From Balamuthia mandrillaris (taxonomy: Eukaryota), in assembly GCA_031835245.2 (NCBI GenBank), contig JAVKOQ020000065.1, forward strand, positions 124,001 through 188,000: a DNA stretch of 64,000 bases, written 5' to 3'. This document shows, one piece after another, positions 49,763 to 62,889 of the stretch. Position 1 is the stretch's first letter, and each line of letters opens with the position of its first letter. The position numbers and the translations under genes are program-made. Below the pieces are notes generated by a model, which worked only from the letters and a program-made list of their open reading frames with translations, made no database searches and was not told where the DNA came from.

Positions 49763-50382
49763 CAGAAGAGATAGAATGAAAGAACAAGCAAAAAGAGTTA
49801 ATAAAACACGTACGATTTTCCTTGGCATGCTTCTTTTGCCAGACCATTCTTCGCACAAGCATCGCTTTGGCTGATTTGCCATCAACGGTAGTAGCAGCTG
49901 AGGAGGATGTATCTCCTTGTTGCTGTGGCTGATGTTTTTCCTTTGGTGAGGAAGCCCTCTTTGCTTTGTCTGCTGCTTTAGCTTTTTTCTGTTGTCGCTT
50001 GTGCTTTTTAAGAAATGAGTTCGTTTCTTCGTCGGGCAAAGAGTGAGGCGTGTTATAAAGCGGAACAGCGATCATTCGTCGCAACAGATATGACCAATGC
50101 GTGTCATCTTCTGTTAGTTCTCTAAACCGCTTGCAGGTTTCAGAAAGATGCAAAAGGTCCTCTCCCTACGATTAATATAAAGAAAATGAGTTAATTGCTA
50201 TGGTACGACAAAAAACAAGTACGTACTCGTAAGAAACTGAGCACATGTTTTAGTAGGTTATCTGGTAATTTTAACACTAAAGGTTTACCACGAGGCGTTG
50301 CTTGTTTGCTATGTTATTATAGCGTTTAATTATTTGTTGTGAGGATGTAAGAAAGAGGAGAGAGTGAGGGAAGCAGAGAAGC

Positions 50383-50415
<33 letters not shown>

Positions 50416-51616
50416 CTTACACTTCTTCCTCAACAGCGTCAGTTTCGTCTGGCTTGGAGTTCTTGGAGGGAGCTGCCACACTCTTTTTCAATTTGCTCTG
50501 CTGTTAGTTAAAAATAAGGGAAAGTATTAGTTTGTCATAATAATTAATGAAAAACAGCGAAAGAGAGAACCCTAGGAGATTCTTTCGACGCCTTGGGACT
50601 GAGCAATGCACCGTTGCTGCTCTTGTCAGAAGCGGAGGTAGCAGCATCCGAGCCATAATGAAGGTACTTAGTGTGATAAGCATGCCAATCTCTTTGTCCA
50701 AAGTATAACAAGTTGCCAGTTTCAAGAAAGTACTCTGCCAATCTTATCAACGCCTCTGATGCTGAATAGATGCTCTGTTTGTGTTGTTGTCTGGGTTAGA
50801 TACAGGTATAGAAAAGCAAAAGGAAAGAAACGAAGAGAAAAGAAAGCAAAAAGAAGGCGAAGAGTAACCATAATGCTATTGGTGACAGCAATAGCATCTA
50901 AATCTTCAGCAGACGAACCAGAGGAGCCATTATGGTTATCCCTAGAAGGACGTCTTTCCTTGTTATTGTGACCAGCTGTTTCCGTCTTCAGCTTTTCGCC
51001 GACTTTAACTTTCTTACGAGTTGCTTGGCGAGGAGAAGACATAGCAACAGAAGAAGAAGAAACTGGCACGGATTGGGAGAGGGAGGGTTTGCCAGCAGAG
51101 CGAGAATTTCCGGTTGTAGCGTGGAATAACAGCGCTTTGAACAACGCTCCATCATTGGAATAGGCAGAGGAAAGCACAGAGTTGCATAGCTGAAGGAAAA
51201 GACCTTCTAAGTCGAGCACAAACGGATACAATACATGTGGATGCGGATCGAATGTATTTGTGCCGCTGTTGTTTGCTGATGGGGAGGATGGAAATGGAGA
51301 TACAACGAACCAATTGTCGAGTTCATCTCTGATAAGCGAAGCTGTTGAAGAGAAGGAAGAAGAGGACGACGGAGAAGAAGAGGGAGGAGGAGAAAAAGTG
51401 GTGCCGGGAAGAACAACAGCGCCTTGTGGGAAATACCTTTTCTTCATTTTTAGGAGCAGTTGTCGAAGAAAGGCTAAGGCCCGAGATGACATGAATGGAA
51501 GAGCGTTCGCCACTGAAGGTCGTTGCCACTCTTTTGGTATCATTCCTGTCAAGTCCTATTTTTAAAAAAAAATGTTTTAAATACAACGAAAAGTCTAATC
51601 GAAAATAAACGAAATG

Positions 51617-51655
<39 letters not shown>

Positions 51656-52901
51656 AGAGAGAAAGCACCTCATAGATGGGCACAGGCCGCCCATAGCCGT
51701 TGTATGAACATGAGTACTTGAACCATTGCGAGTTTACCAAAACCTTGTAGATCTCATGCAATGCCCACTGTCGTATCATATTTTTGTTGCTTAGCACGAA
51801 CACAAGAAAGTGAAAGAGAAAATATAAGAAGAAACATAATGGTAAAAGTGACAACTTACATTGACATGAGGATGTTTCGTAGTCCAAGCGATTTGCCTAA
51901 GATTGCCCCAAAGGTCAACAGCCATCGTGCGACAATGTTTTCGCAGCGGGTTGTTTACGTTTAGCAACAATTGCAGCAGAATGAACGTTCCAAAAGTGCT
52001 GAGCTCACAGGAGCGATGAGCGATCAACGTCCATGAGGAGTGAGACACGAACCACGTCATGTGCTCTTGAAAGTTGGAATGGATAGAGTCCAATAGTTCC
52101 TTTGTTTTGGGAAAATAAACAATCCAGTAAGTTTAATAAAAGAAATAGTTGTAAAGGGAAAAAAGAAAAGAAAAGAAAAGGGAAAGAAAAACAGAAAGGA
52201 GAAACATAGAAGTAAAGTACATCTTTTTGTTGCATGATAAATTCCAAAGCAGAGCCACTAAGAAAGCTAGTGATGTACTCAGAGTAATAGTGAACGAACA
52301 TCCGGTCTAACGTGTCTTGAACCTGCATGCGTTCCTTCGCGCGAGATGGCCGCCTATGGTTCACCGTTAGTCCTCTTTTTCTTCGGCCATGTTTGTGGTG
52401 CTTTTGCCAAGATGGCTCCAAGTCCTCACTTGACCCAACAAACATCTATTTGAAAGAAAAAAAACGCGCATTTAAAAAAGAATAAGTGATGAACTATGAG
52501 AACTACGAAAGCAGACAGAAGAAAGCAAGAAAATGAGAGAAAGCAACAGATGAAGTGAATACCCTGGAACAACGAAGAATCAAAGCGCGGCTGTAGGGAT
52601 ACACATTCAAAGGAGTGGAGGAGTGCCATGAAGTAACCATTGCGAGTTGATACAAAGCAACAATATCTTTTTTTTTTTTGAAGCAATGGCTTAGAAAAAG
52701 AATGCGAACAAGAACTGGAAAGAACCAGTACCATAGTCGTGACCGTCGTAAAGACTTTGAATAAAATAGTTGCCGTTATTACTCTGTAGCAATGAATACA
52801 TGTTTTGGAAGATCTGAAACAAACAGAAAGCAAAGAAAAAAACAAACAAAAACACAACATAAAAGATAAGAAAACATTAGAAAGAAGAAACGGAGAGAGA
52901 C

Positions 52902-52944
<43 letters not shown>

Positions 52945-53653
52945 AGGAAAGAACAAAGAAATAAGGGAAGAGGGAAGAAGAGAAGAGAACGCTGAAGAGA
53001 AGAGAACGACTAAGAAAAGAGGAAAGAAGAGTGAACCTTCTCACGAATGGAAGGAGACTTGGTTTGCATGAAATAGCTCAACAAGAAACGCCCTTTGTGC
53101 TTCGTGTCAGCCTGTGTTTTAACATAAAATAGTTCAACAATGAAGAGTGAGTTCCTTTTATCAACAGAAAGCAGAGAAGAACAAGCTGCTTGAGGAGGAG
53201 GAGGAAGCAGAAGAAGAAGAAGAAGAAGAAGAAGAAGAAGAAGAAGAAGAAGAACACGAGAAGAAAGCAGACGAAACAAACCCTGCTTTTCAAGTCAGCG
53301 AGCTCAGTGTCTATAACTTCGTTGACATCATAAGCCACGTCAACGTCGTCATTCCGTTGTTGGTCATAGCTCTCCTCCAAGACCTTTTCAACAACAACGA
53401 CAACGACAGCAGCAGCAAAATAATGTAAGCAAAAAAAAAAGTGCAAAAACCACCCAAAAAAAAATAAATAAATAAAAATAAAACGAATCAACAATAAAAA
53501 GATGGGTTTCATGAAAAGATTTACAGGAGCACCAGAAGGGTCCTTGGACAGCCTCCAAAAAGCGTCGTCTTCAGGGGACACGCCCTCCTCGCCCACGCCC
53601 GACGGGCGCAGCGTCAGCGAGTCTTCTCCATCTCCCTTGGTGCCTTTGAACAT
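47436..53653 (-). CDS. Large multi-exon protein with an internal F-box motif and Lys-rich C-terminus, function unknown
   Basis: Near 50090-50285: LKLPDNLLKHVLSFL..EDLLHLSETCKRFRELTEDDTHW. Many minus-strand exons with GT-AG introns. Joining into one gene is inferred. Confidence 0.6.
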
Positions 53654-53850
53654 TTGCTTCGTGGCGCCGTCGTCGTTCTTCTTTTCTTATTCTTTATTTT
53701 TTGGCGTTAAATTGCAATTCGTCTGAAAAAGGTAAAAACTGTGATCAACGTTTTGGATAAATTGGAGATAAGGCATCGGTTAAATTACTAATTGTTAGCG
53801 AACCAATAGGTTTGATTTCGGGTAATTTGGAACCTCCAATCGAATGAATT

Positions 53851-55415
53851 TTATTGATCTATCGGGGTTGATCGTGTGGGCGGTGGCTGGTCCGTGGACT
53901 TGCTGTGTTTGTGTTTGGGTCTTCTCCGTGTTTTGCTCCTGTTTCTCGATTTTTTGTGAACTTGTTGTTGTGGTTCTTGCCCCTGTTCTTGTTCTGGTCG
54001 TTGTTCTTGTTCATCTTCTTTTTCTTTTTCTTCTTCTTCTTCGCCTCCTTCTGATTGTTGTTGTTCTGTTGCCGAACTGGACGAAGCAATCCCTCTCTTT
54101 GGCAGCGTCTCCAGCAAGAATCGCTTCACCTCCGGCATTCTCAACAACAACATGAAGAACGAATGGACCTTACATCTCTCTCCATCGATTTCCACATATA
54201 CAGTCTCTTCCAGTTCCTCCACCACCCTTGCTGCTTCTTCTGTTTCTTTTACCTTTTCCTTGTCCTCTCCTTCCTCCGTCTTTGCTGCAAACAACAAGGC
54301 AGCATCCACCCATTGCAAACGGAGATGATCCGTATCCCGAAAGCTCTCCTTCTCCTCCTCTCTCCTCCTCCGAAAGGCATCTCCCACTTGCGGGTCGTAG
54401 GGCATCGGCACGACGTAAAGCACGTACCTGCTCTTCTCGTTCCACATGCGGAGAGTGTCGGCAAAGTTCGTCTGGAGGGCCATCCGCAGCGCCTCCATTT
54501 GCGGACGGAAGAGACCGGCCGTCTCTTCGGCAAACTCCCGAAGGGCGGTCGCCTCCGGCTGGCCCTTGTCCTGTTCGTCCTCCTTTTTCCCGCCAAAGTT
54601 GAGCCATACCTTGTCTTTCTCTCCTTTGCTGGAACGATCTTCCTCTGCATCAAAAACAAAAACAGAAATAAGAAAATGATTTTCAAAAAAAAATTCAAAA
54701 AAGAAAGAAGAAAAGAAGAGCAAAAGAAAAGGATTAAAGTTGAAGTTTTTTCTTTTTTAAAAAAAAAGAAAAACAAAGAAAAAAAAGGAAGCAGGAAAAG
54801 GCAGAAAAAACAAAAACAACAAATGAAGAAGAGGAAAAACAAGAACAAACCTCCAAGAAGCAAAAAGATGCGGTTGTCATGTGTGGCGTAGGGCAAAATG
54901 CCGGCAGCACGATAACGCTGCAACACAAAGTTTGGCGTTCGTTCGTAAAACTTGAAGCCACGCACCGCTTTGTTTATCTGGCGTCGTTGTCGTTGTGGAG
55001 GGTAGTGCTCCTCCTGGTAATAACGTCTTTGTTTACGGAATGCTCGTCGTCGGCGGTAGGACCTACCCCAGTGCGCCCCTCCTCCAGAGTCACCCTCATG
55101 TGCGTGGTGGTGGTGGTGATGGCCTCGATGACGGTGATCCTGACGCTCTCTTCTATCGCCGTGATGCTCGTTGTCGTGATAATACTCGTCCTCGTGGGAG
55201 CTCCTTCTCCGGGCAGGGGGAGGCCGCTCGTCTCTGAGGTGGCGGTGACGGCGGTCGTCGCTGCGATGGCGATGGTCATCCTCGTGACGACTCCGTTTGC
55301 TCCGACGAGACCAGGAGGAAGAACTCCGTTCCCGCGAACGCTCCCTCCGGCGTTTCCCTTCGTCCCTGCTGCTGCTTCTTCTTCCGTTTTCGCTTCTTCT
55401 TTCTTCTTCTTCCAT
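53851..55415 (-). CDS. Nudix hydrolase with an Arg/Ser/His-rich N-terminus
   Basis: RAAGILPY...IFLLLG|EED...WLNFGGKKEDEQDKGQPEATALREFAEETAG. One intron. Confidence 0.8.
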
Positions 55416-55843
55416 TTTTTTTTAACTTTCTTTTCTTTCTTTTTTGTCCATCTCTTTCGCGTCGTCATGAAATTTTCGAGCTTACGGCTCACTCCTTTTA
55501 TTATGGGTATGTCGACGGTAATACGGATGATGAAGCTGTCGCGTGGAACCTCTGTCCACCTGGAAAGCACCGGAAGGGTGCAGAACCGGGTTGGACGGAT
55601 AGGGGTCAAGAAAGGACGCGTCAGCTTCCAACCGACTGAAGCAAACAAAGGAAAATAAAGATAAATAAAGGGGGGGAAAAGAAAGGAAGGAAGACCAACC
55701 ACAACAGCGAAAGACAACGTTGCGGAGGGGGGAAAACACAATTGTAAGGGGCATCCATTGTACACATAGAAAACTTAAAAAGAAAGACAACCACACATTT
55801 TTTTATTCTGTTTTTTTTTTCCCCCTAACAACGACGGTCGACC

Positions 55844-58800
55844 ATGTGGAGGGAATCGAGCAAACGGCACTTTTTCTACTCTTTTTGCTGCGCGAGTTTG
55901 CTTGGCGTCGTTGCTGCAGCCGCCGCGCCGAACGATGCCCAACAGAGCTCCTCCTCCCCTGAACCCGAGCCGTGGTTCTCGTTCGGCTTCAAGTTCTACC
56001 TTTTGAACGCCTCGATGTGGGCCATTGCCTGTTACTTTATTTATCAACAATTTCAGAGACTGTTTGGAACGGTCGACTCTTCTTCTGCTTCCTCCTCCTC
56101 TGCCTCGTCTGCCTCTGCTGCCATCACAAAGCCAACAACGAGTGCCAAACCTTCTCCGTCTACCACACAGAATAAGGTCTTTCCTCCCGTTCTTTCCTTC
56201 CTTTGGCTTTCTTTTCTGTAACTTTTTAAAAAAATAGGAAGAAGTAAGTGATTTGGCGGCAAAAGTGGAGTCGCTGGTGGCAACCCTAAAGCAGAAATCT
56301 ATCGCGACAGAGAAAGACGAGAAGAGGCAACAAAAATTAGTGTCGGCGTTGCAAAGTCTTCGAGCCACAACGGACTCTGCGCTGAGGACCCTTTCTGTGA
56401 ACGTTAAAGAAGAGGCTGATAAGGAGAAGGCAGAAGAGAAACAGAAACAGCAATCACAACAAACAAAAGGCGAGCAGAAAGAGCAAGAGAAAGAAAAGGA
56501 AAAGGACGAAAGAACAACGGAAAAAGAGTACTATGACGAAGAAGAAGGTGACGACGAAGATGACGACGAGGACGATGACGAGGACGATGAAGTTGATGAC
56601 GACGAAGAAGGCGAAGGTAGTTCTTTGGAATCTTCGATGGGAGAACGCAGCGACTTGGGCTACATTCCTGATACCTCAAAGTCTGGAGCAGGAGCAGGAG
56701 GAAAGGCAAGAGGAAGGAACAGAGTACCCAGCGCCAAAAGAAGGAGAAGAAGGTGGAGAAGGAAGCAGCGGTTGCCCAACGAAGAGAATGGAGTTTCTTC
56801 ACTGGGAGCAACGGCCAAGGGCGCTGGTGTTGTTGGGGTTGGTCCTGAGGAGGAAGGCGCTTCAGCGTCCGAGGAAATCAGTGATGATGTTGAAGGAAGC
56901 GGCTTCGTTGTTCCGCCGAGACTGAAGAAGAAAGGTCTGAGACGACGAAGAAACGTTGCTAAGAAAGGAACAATAGGAGGCAGAGGGCAGGACGAAGGAG
57001 AAGCGGACTCGGAAGGAACACGAACCAACAGCGGTGACGCTGATTCGGACAATGATGTTGTTAATAATGATCATGACAACGGTGATACTGGCACTAGTAG
57101 TGCAACGTTATCCATGACGGAAAGAGAGGAAACATTGAAGTCTCTCCAGCTTCTCGATGAAGAAGCAGACCTTTCCAGCACTGCTGATGATTTCAGCTCG
57201 TTGAGGGCTAGTTTGGATGGATTGAACTTTAGTGGAGGATGGTCTTTGATTGAGAAGGATTCAACAGCATCCAAAGATGAACCAAACGACACAGAGAAGA
57301 AAGAAACTAGCGATGAGAGCAATGACGACAGTCGCAACAACGATGAGCTACGGAGCCTCAAAGAGTCGTTGCTATCGTTCGAGAAGAGTGATGACGAAGG
57401 AGATTCAACTGCTTCACAGGATTCCTCTTTGGATTCTCTGAAAGCACAACTCGGCAATTTTCCTTCCTTTAATTCGCTGTCGTTGGGACAAGTGAAAAGA
57501 GAAGAAGAAGCAGAAGAAGAAGAAGGAGAAGGAGAAAATACGCTCTCTGCACCATTCTCCTTGGGCGGCGAAGAAGAAGGCGGAGGGGGAGGAATGTTTG
57601 ACGATGCCTTTGAACAACTACTGAAAGCCAAACAACAAGCCAACAAAACTTCTGTAAAGAATGTTGCTGATGAGGTTGGGCTGTCTATAAAGGATGGAGT
57701 AAAGCAGACAAACTTCAGTAAGAGAGAAGAAGGCGCTCTGTTGCGGGATTGGGCTGTAAAGGAAGATGAAAACAAAGCTGGCTTGCGCAAAGCGAAAAAG
57801 GCACCCATGGTCTTTGGCTCTAAATCCAAAAAGCAATCCATGATGGAGGTCTCTCTCTCTCTCTCTCTCTTCATGAGTATAACGGAAACAAGTAACTAAA
57901 ACCCATTAATATAGGATGCTCATACTATTCATATTCCGTTCTTCGGAGATGCCAGTCAAGGTCTGGTAGCGGTGCTGGACGGGCATGCAGGCCCTAACGC
58001 CGCCCAAGCTGCTTGCTCTTTGCTTCCCAAGGAGCTGGAAGCCAAGCTGATGGAAGCCACTATGGCCAACGGCGGAGGCTACCCCAGCCAAGACTTGTCT
58101 GCGGTAATGGTAGCCGCCTTTACCGCAGCCGACAGGCAAATGGAAGAGTTTGAGTTTGAGGGATGCACTGCCACTGCTGTATTCATGTGGCACACAGCGG
58201 ATGGAGATAGGTACCTCCAAGCAGCTAATGTTGGTGACTCTGCTGCGTTTCTTAGGTGAGTTTAGATCGTTTGTGTAGGTTTGTCTGTTGTAAAACAGGA
58301 TTGTATGTTATATTTGTTTTTGGCTATTCAATGACTGTCTATGTTCGTGATTTTATAGGCGCAATGGACAAGCCGTCAAGCTTACATACGACCATAAAGT
58401 GACCGACTCCAGAGAGCGAGAGCGAATGACAAGCGAAGGGGTGGAAATTACTCCTGGCAAGACTCGCATCAGCGGTACCTTCTTGTTATTCTCTCTAGTG
58501 ATTGTTCGTTCGCCATTTCAAAGTGCATTTGTTTTAAACGAACTATCATTCAAAACAAACCAAACAAACTAAAGGTCTGGCGGTGAGCAGAGCCTTAGGA
58601 GATCACTTTGTAAAGCAAAACAAGTTGGGAATGACGGCCATCCCGCACGTCAGCCCAGGCGTCCAGCTCACTGATGATGACGACATTCTAATCGTCGCCA
58701 GCGATGGGGTGCGTTTGCCTTTGCTTTACCTCCAACCTATTCTTTCCTTTACCCTCTTCCAGCACAAACAAAATAGCAACGAACTAACCTTTCATCTTTT

Positions 58801-58964
58801 TTTTTTTTTGCAACAAGTTGTGGGATGTAATAGATGGACAAGCAGCAATGGACCTCATAAAGGATCTACCGAATGCCGAGGCGATGGCAGAGCAGCTTAT
58901 GAGTAGAGCCTTGGGCGACCCCGCTTGCAAGGACAATGTCACCATTATAGTTGTCCTTTTGTGA
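55844..58964 (+). CDS. PP2C/PPM phosphatase with N-terminal hydrophobic segments and a long acidic linker
   Basis: MME|DAH, VLDGHAG, GCTATAV, ANVGDS, LTYDHK, GLAVSRALGD, LIVASDG|LWDV, KDNVTIIVV. Confidence 0.9.
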
Positions 58965-60221
58965 AAACAACAAAAAAAAAATGCTGACTGCAATTTAGAC
59001 AAGTGTGTTGAAAGTGGCGGAAAGCGTGCGCGCGTTGCGTTATCTCTTTCGGAAATGAATTCTACGTCTTCGCTTCCATGATTCAAATCTTGACCTGACT
59101 TCCGCGACTGGTTGGTGGGTCGAAAGCGGGGGTGTAGTACAGCGCATCATCTTTTCCGCCTGTGGTGTTCAAATATAAGGGGAGTGAAACTTCAGTGATA
59201 GTAGCAACCTCCATATGCAGAAGTGGATCCATTGGATCGGAGGGAAGGGACAAAACCGTGTGTTGCAAACGGAAAAGACCCAACCAATCAAACAACCCGA
59301 CTCGTGAAGGAAAACTCGCGGCATATTCAGTTTGTGATCACAATACATCTCCGTATTTCAAATTTCAGCTGGGACGGTTTTTCGCTATCTTCAGCTGCCC
59401 ACGTTGGTACATCGCGTCAGCAGATGTTTTCCTTATCTGTAAAAATTACCATTTATCAATTTCAGGTTGACTTACAACTCCAAATTTGGAATACATATCA
59501 TCCCGCATTATTTGAAGTACGCGGTGCATCTCGATAGTTTTGGACAAGTTAGGAAAGCAACATGGGAGATTCCTTCGGAGAGGCTTCCGGTTGGAAGGGA
59601 TCCCGACGCCGCAGTTGTACGGGGCAGAGCGACTCCGTGTACAACACGTCCGAAATACAAGATCTTTTTAAAAAAGGACTAAAAACGGGACGAACAAATG
59701 TTGACTGCCTCTTCCGACCTCCCTCCACAACTCTCCCCTGTCGTGGATCTGCACGGGCCAACCCAGTGCGTCTTTTTATTTTATTTTTTCTACGGGTTTC
59801 AGCATTAGTCGGCTCCATATCACAAAAATTGGAGAACACCTGCCGGTACAGCGCTGATAGGATAACTACCAACACTGCCGCTACTGATATTTTTTTCAAC
59901 GTTTTTTTATTTTTCATTTTGGTTTTCGTTTTGGAACCCAACATAGACCAACCACAAACTTTATATAAAGGAGGAAGACACCGCAATTTTAATTTTTCTT
60001 TTGGGAAGACAGACTGCTAGTCCTTATTTTTGTTTTCCTCCCTGGTCCAGAGCTTTATTTGTTACCCTTACTCTCATCCACTTCTTTTTCATCTTTTCCA
60101 GCGCCGCCCCATTCCTTTTTTCTCCTCCCAGTTTTTTATTTTTTCGAACCAAAAACCTCATCGTTCCGTAGTGCTACTATTTTGTTTCCATCCTCCTTTG
60201 CAAGCGCCACCCCAAAAGACA

Positions 60222-62585
60222 ATGTCTGCAGCATGGTTTCATGCGCCAGAGCACCTGGGCCGCTACGACCCCATCTGGCGACCAGCCACAGCAGCTGACC
60301 AAGTGCCTTCCTCCTCATCTTTCTCTGGACCTATACGACCGGTGCCCCACACCAGACCAGCTCCGGAAATTCATCTGCAACCAACTCCCCTTTCCTCGTC
60401 CTCATCTTCTTCCTCCTCCTCTTCTCCAGCTATGATGGCAAGAGGATATGGACCATCTGTCGCCGCCCTGCCTTCCGTTCCTGCCTTGCTTCAACCCCTT
60501 CCCCCTTCTCTTCCGCCTCCTTCTCCTGCTGTTGCGGTTCCCGCTTTTCCACCCTCTTTTCCTCTGTATACTTTTTCTCCATCCTTCCAGCCTTCTCCTG
60601 GCTCCCCTTCCACTTCCTCTTCCCCCGCATCATCTCCCCCGCGTGCTGTACCCAAACCTTTTTTCCAAAGTTCGGTGGCCTCTCCCGTTGCAGTCCTGCG
60701 TTCCTCGGTGACCCCCACAACTCCCCAAGCGAGCCCCAAGGGTACATGTCTTCAACCATCAGCAGCGCCATCCTCCGCCTCCTCTCCGCCCTTCCCATCA
60801 ACCACGAGCTCATCGACAGCAACCCGTCATTCGCTTTTATCTCGTCAGGAAGAGGAGCAGGAAGAGAATGTGGACTCGAATGAGAGGAAAAAGAGAAAAG
60901 CAGGGCATGACCTTTCCCGTTTGCTCAACGAGACGACAGAAGAGGAAGACAACGAACACAACGAACTCCGGCAACTAGCTCTGCTGGCTGGCACGTCTGG
61001 TACTCCGTCGTCCTCTTTTTCATCATCCGCGTCTTCATCATTCTCAGCATCATCAGCTTCTTCTGCGTCATCATCAACATCTGAAGCATCCTCCAAAAGA
61101 AAGCCAAGCAAAGCAAAATACACCGCAGAGTTATCATCTGGCAGAAAGAAGCTCAAACGAGCAGGAAAGCATCAAGCAACCACGGAAAGAAAGCCACTCA
61201 ACAAATCTGAAGCAAATAAACGCCGTCAAAACCATGATGATGACGAAGAGTACAACGACGAGAGCTACCTTTCGGATGGAATCGACAGACCTTCCAAGAC
61301 CAGGAAGAAAGGAGGAAAGGAGAAGGCAGTAGATGACAAGCAAAAGAGACGCAAACCAAACACGGCATGTACTTCATGCCGAAAGAGCCATTTTAAGTGT
61401 GATGGCAAGACTCCTTGCTCCCGATGTGTGCAGAAAGGCAGACCTCATGAATGCCAATTGCCGGTAGCTTCAATGCAGAAGATCAAGTACCATTTCTTTC
61501 TGCTTTATGTTTTTCTACTTTCTCTTTATCACCCCCTTTCCTCTCTTGCTTCTTCTCCATATGATATCATCTGTAACCTTTGTCGTTGTCTGCTTTTCAA
61601 ATCAAAGACTTTTGGAAGAAGAAACTGCTCGAGTAAAAGAGCAGAATAAGCACTATGCTCAGGAACTCAAGTTGAAAGATTACGAACTACGACTCTTTAC
61701 TTATTGGTGGCACGTTGCCAATACTGAGTTTATGCCATTGTTCATGACCCTGTCTTCGACTTGGATGTACGTCGGAGATGGAGGAGTGCAGCTACAATAC
61801 AACAGCGAACTTGCACAAGCTCTGGAAAAGTTGCCATCACTCGTCTATGGTACTCTGTCTATCCTCCTATTTCGGGTTCGTGTTTATTTTCAGAAGTTTT
61901 AATGCTTTCCGCATTTTTTTGTTTCGTCTATGTAGAGTGCATTGTTGCTCTGTCCCCATTGACTGGCGCGGATCGTCAGAAAGATGTCTTGAGCCAACTT
62001 CAGCTATGCGAAGATACTTTCCTTCGATCAATTTATTCCTCTTCATCTTCCCCCAACCTTCACCTCCGCGGTTTGTACCTGTGCACAGCTTATGTACTTT
62101 ACCGTCATCTCGCTGCCAACTTTTGGAATGCAGAGTTAGAGGTGTGTTCTCTTTTGTCCTTTTTAAAGCTTGTCTTTCTCTTCTCTCTCCTTTCTTATGG
62201 TCACTTATTCTTTCTTGCGCTTCTTTTCTTTCAGGAACCAGCTATCTATTATGCCCGAAAGATTCAAACACTGAACGAAGATGCAGAGTCGGATCGTTAT
62301 TCGTCCTTCAAGAAGGATGCCACCAACGTGGCCAACTCTGTTCTTTCTTATTTCGAGGAGCAGCGGCTACTGAGAACAGCGGCTGCTTCCCGCTCGAGGT
62401 CTTCTTCTGAAGGCGATCTTCAATGCTTGAGCTCAGGAAGCTCAGGCGAGGAACCAGAAACCACTGGTACACCGATGTCTTCCATACGAGACCAACGTTC
62501 TCGCTCTGACCCGTCGTCAGAGGTTCGAGGTCATCGCCGCAGTCTGGACGTGCTTCTCCAGCGGCCCAATTCTTTCTCTCACTAA
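60222..62585 (+). CDS. Zn(II)2Cys6 binuclear-cluster transcription factor
   Basis: CTSCRKSHFKCDGKTPCSRCVQKGRPHEC at 61368-61454 fits C-2-C-6-C-5-C-2-C-8-C. A coiled-coil exon follows, and the N-terminus is Pro/Ser-rich. Confidence 0.85.
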
Positions 62586-62889
62586 ATTCAATAAAGTTCG
62601 ACTTCACACGTGAAAAGGTGCTCGTTTTCGTTTGAAAAAAAGGGGGGAGAGATACGAAGCTCAAATCCATCCAAATTTTTTCATTTCGTGTCGTCCTTGT
62701 TTTGTGGATTTTGTCGACAGACAAGAGCGAATCTATCTCATGTCTTTTGGGAAACGAGAAATCTCTCTCCCCAACCAAAAAAAATTCTCAAATGCCGAAA
62801 AAAACATTTTTTTTTGGGGGGGTTCGGGTCAACGAGAGCACGAGCTGAGCCTTGTGTGAGGGAGAGTGGTGAAGGAGGAGCCTTGTTTG

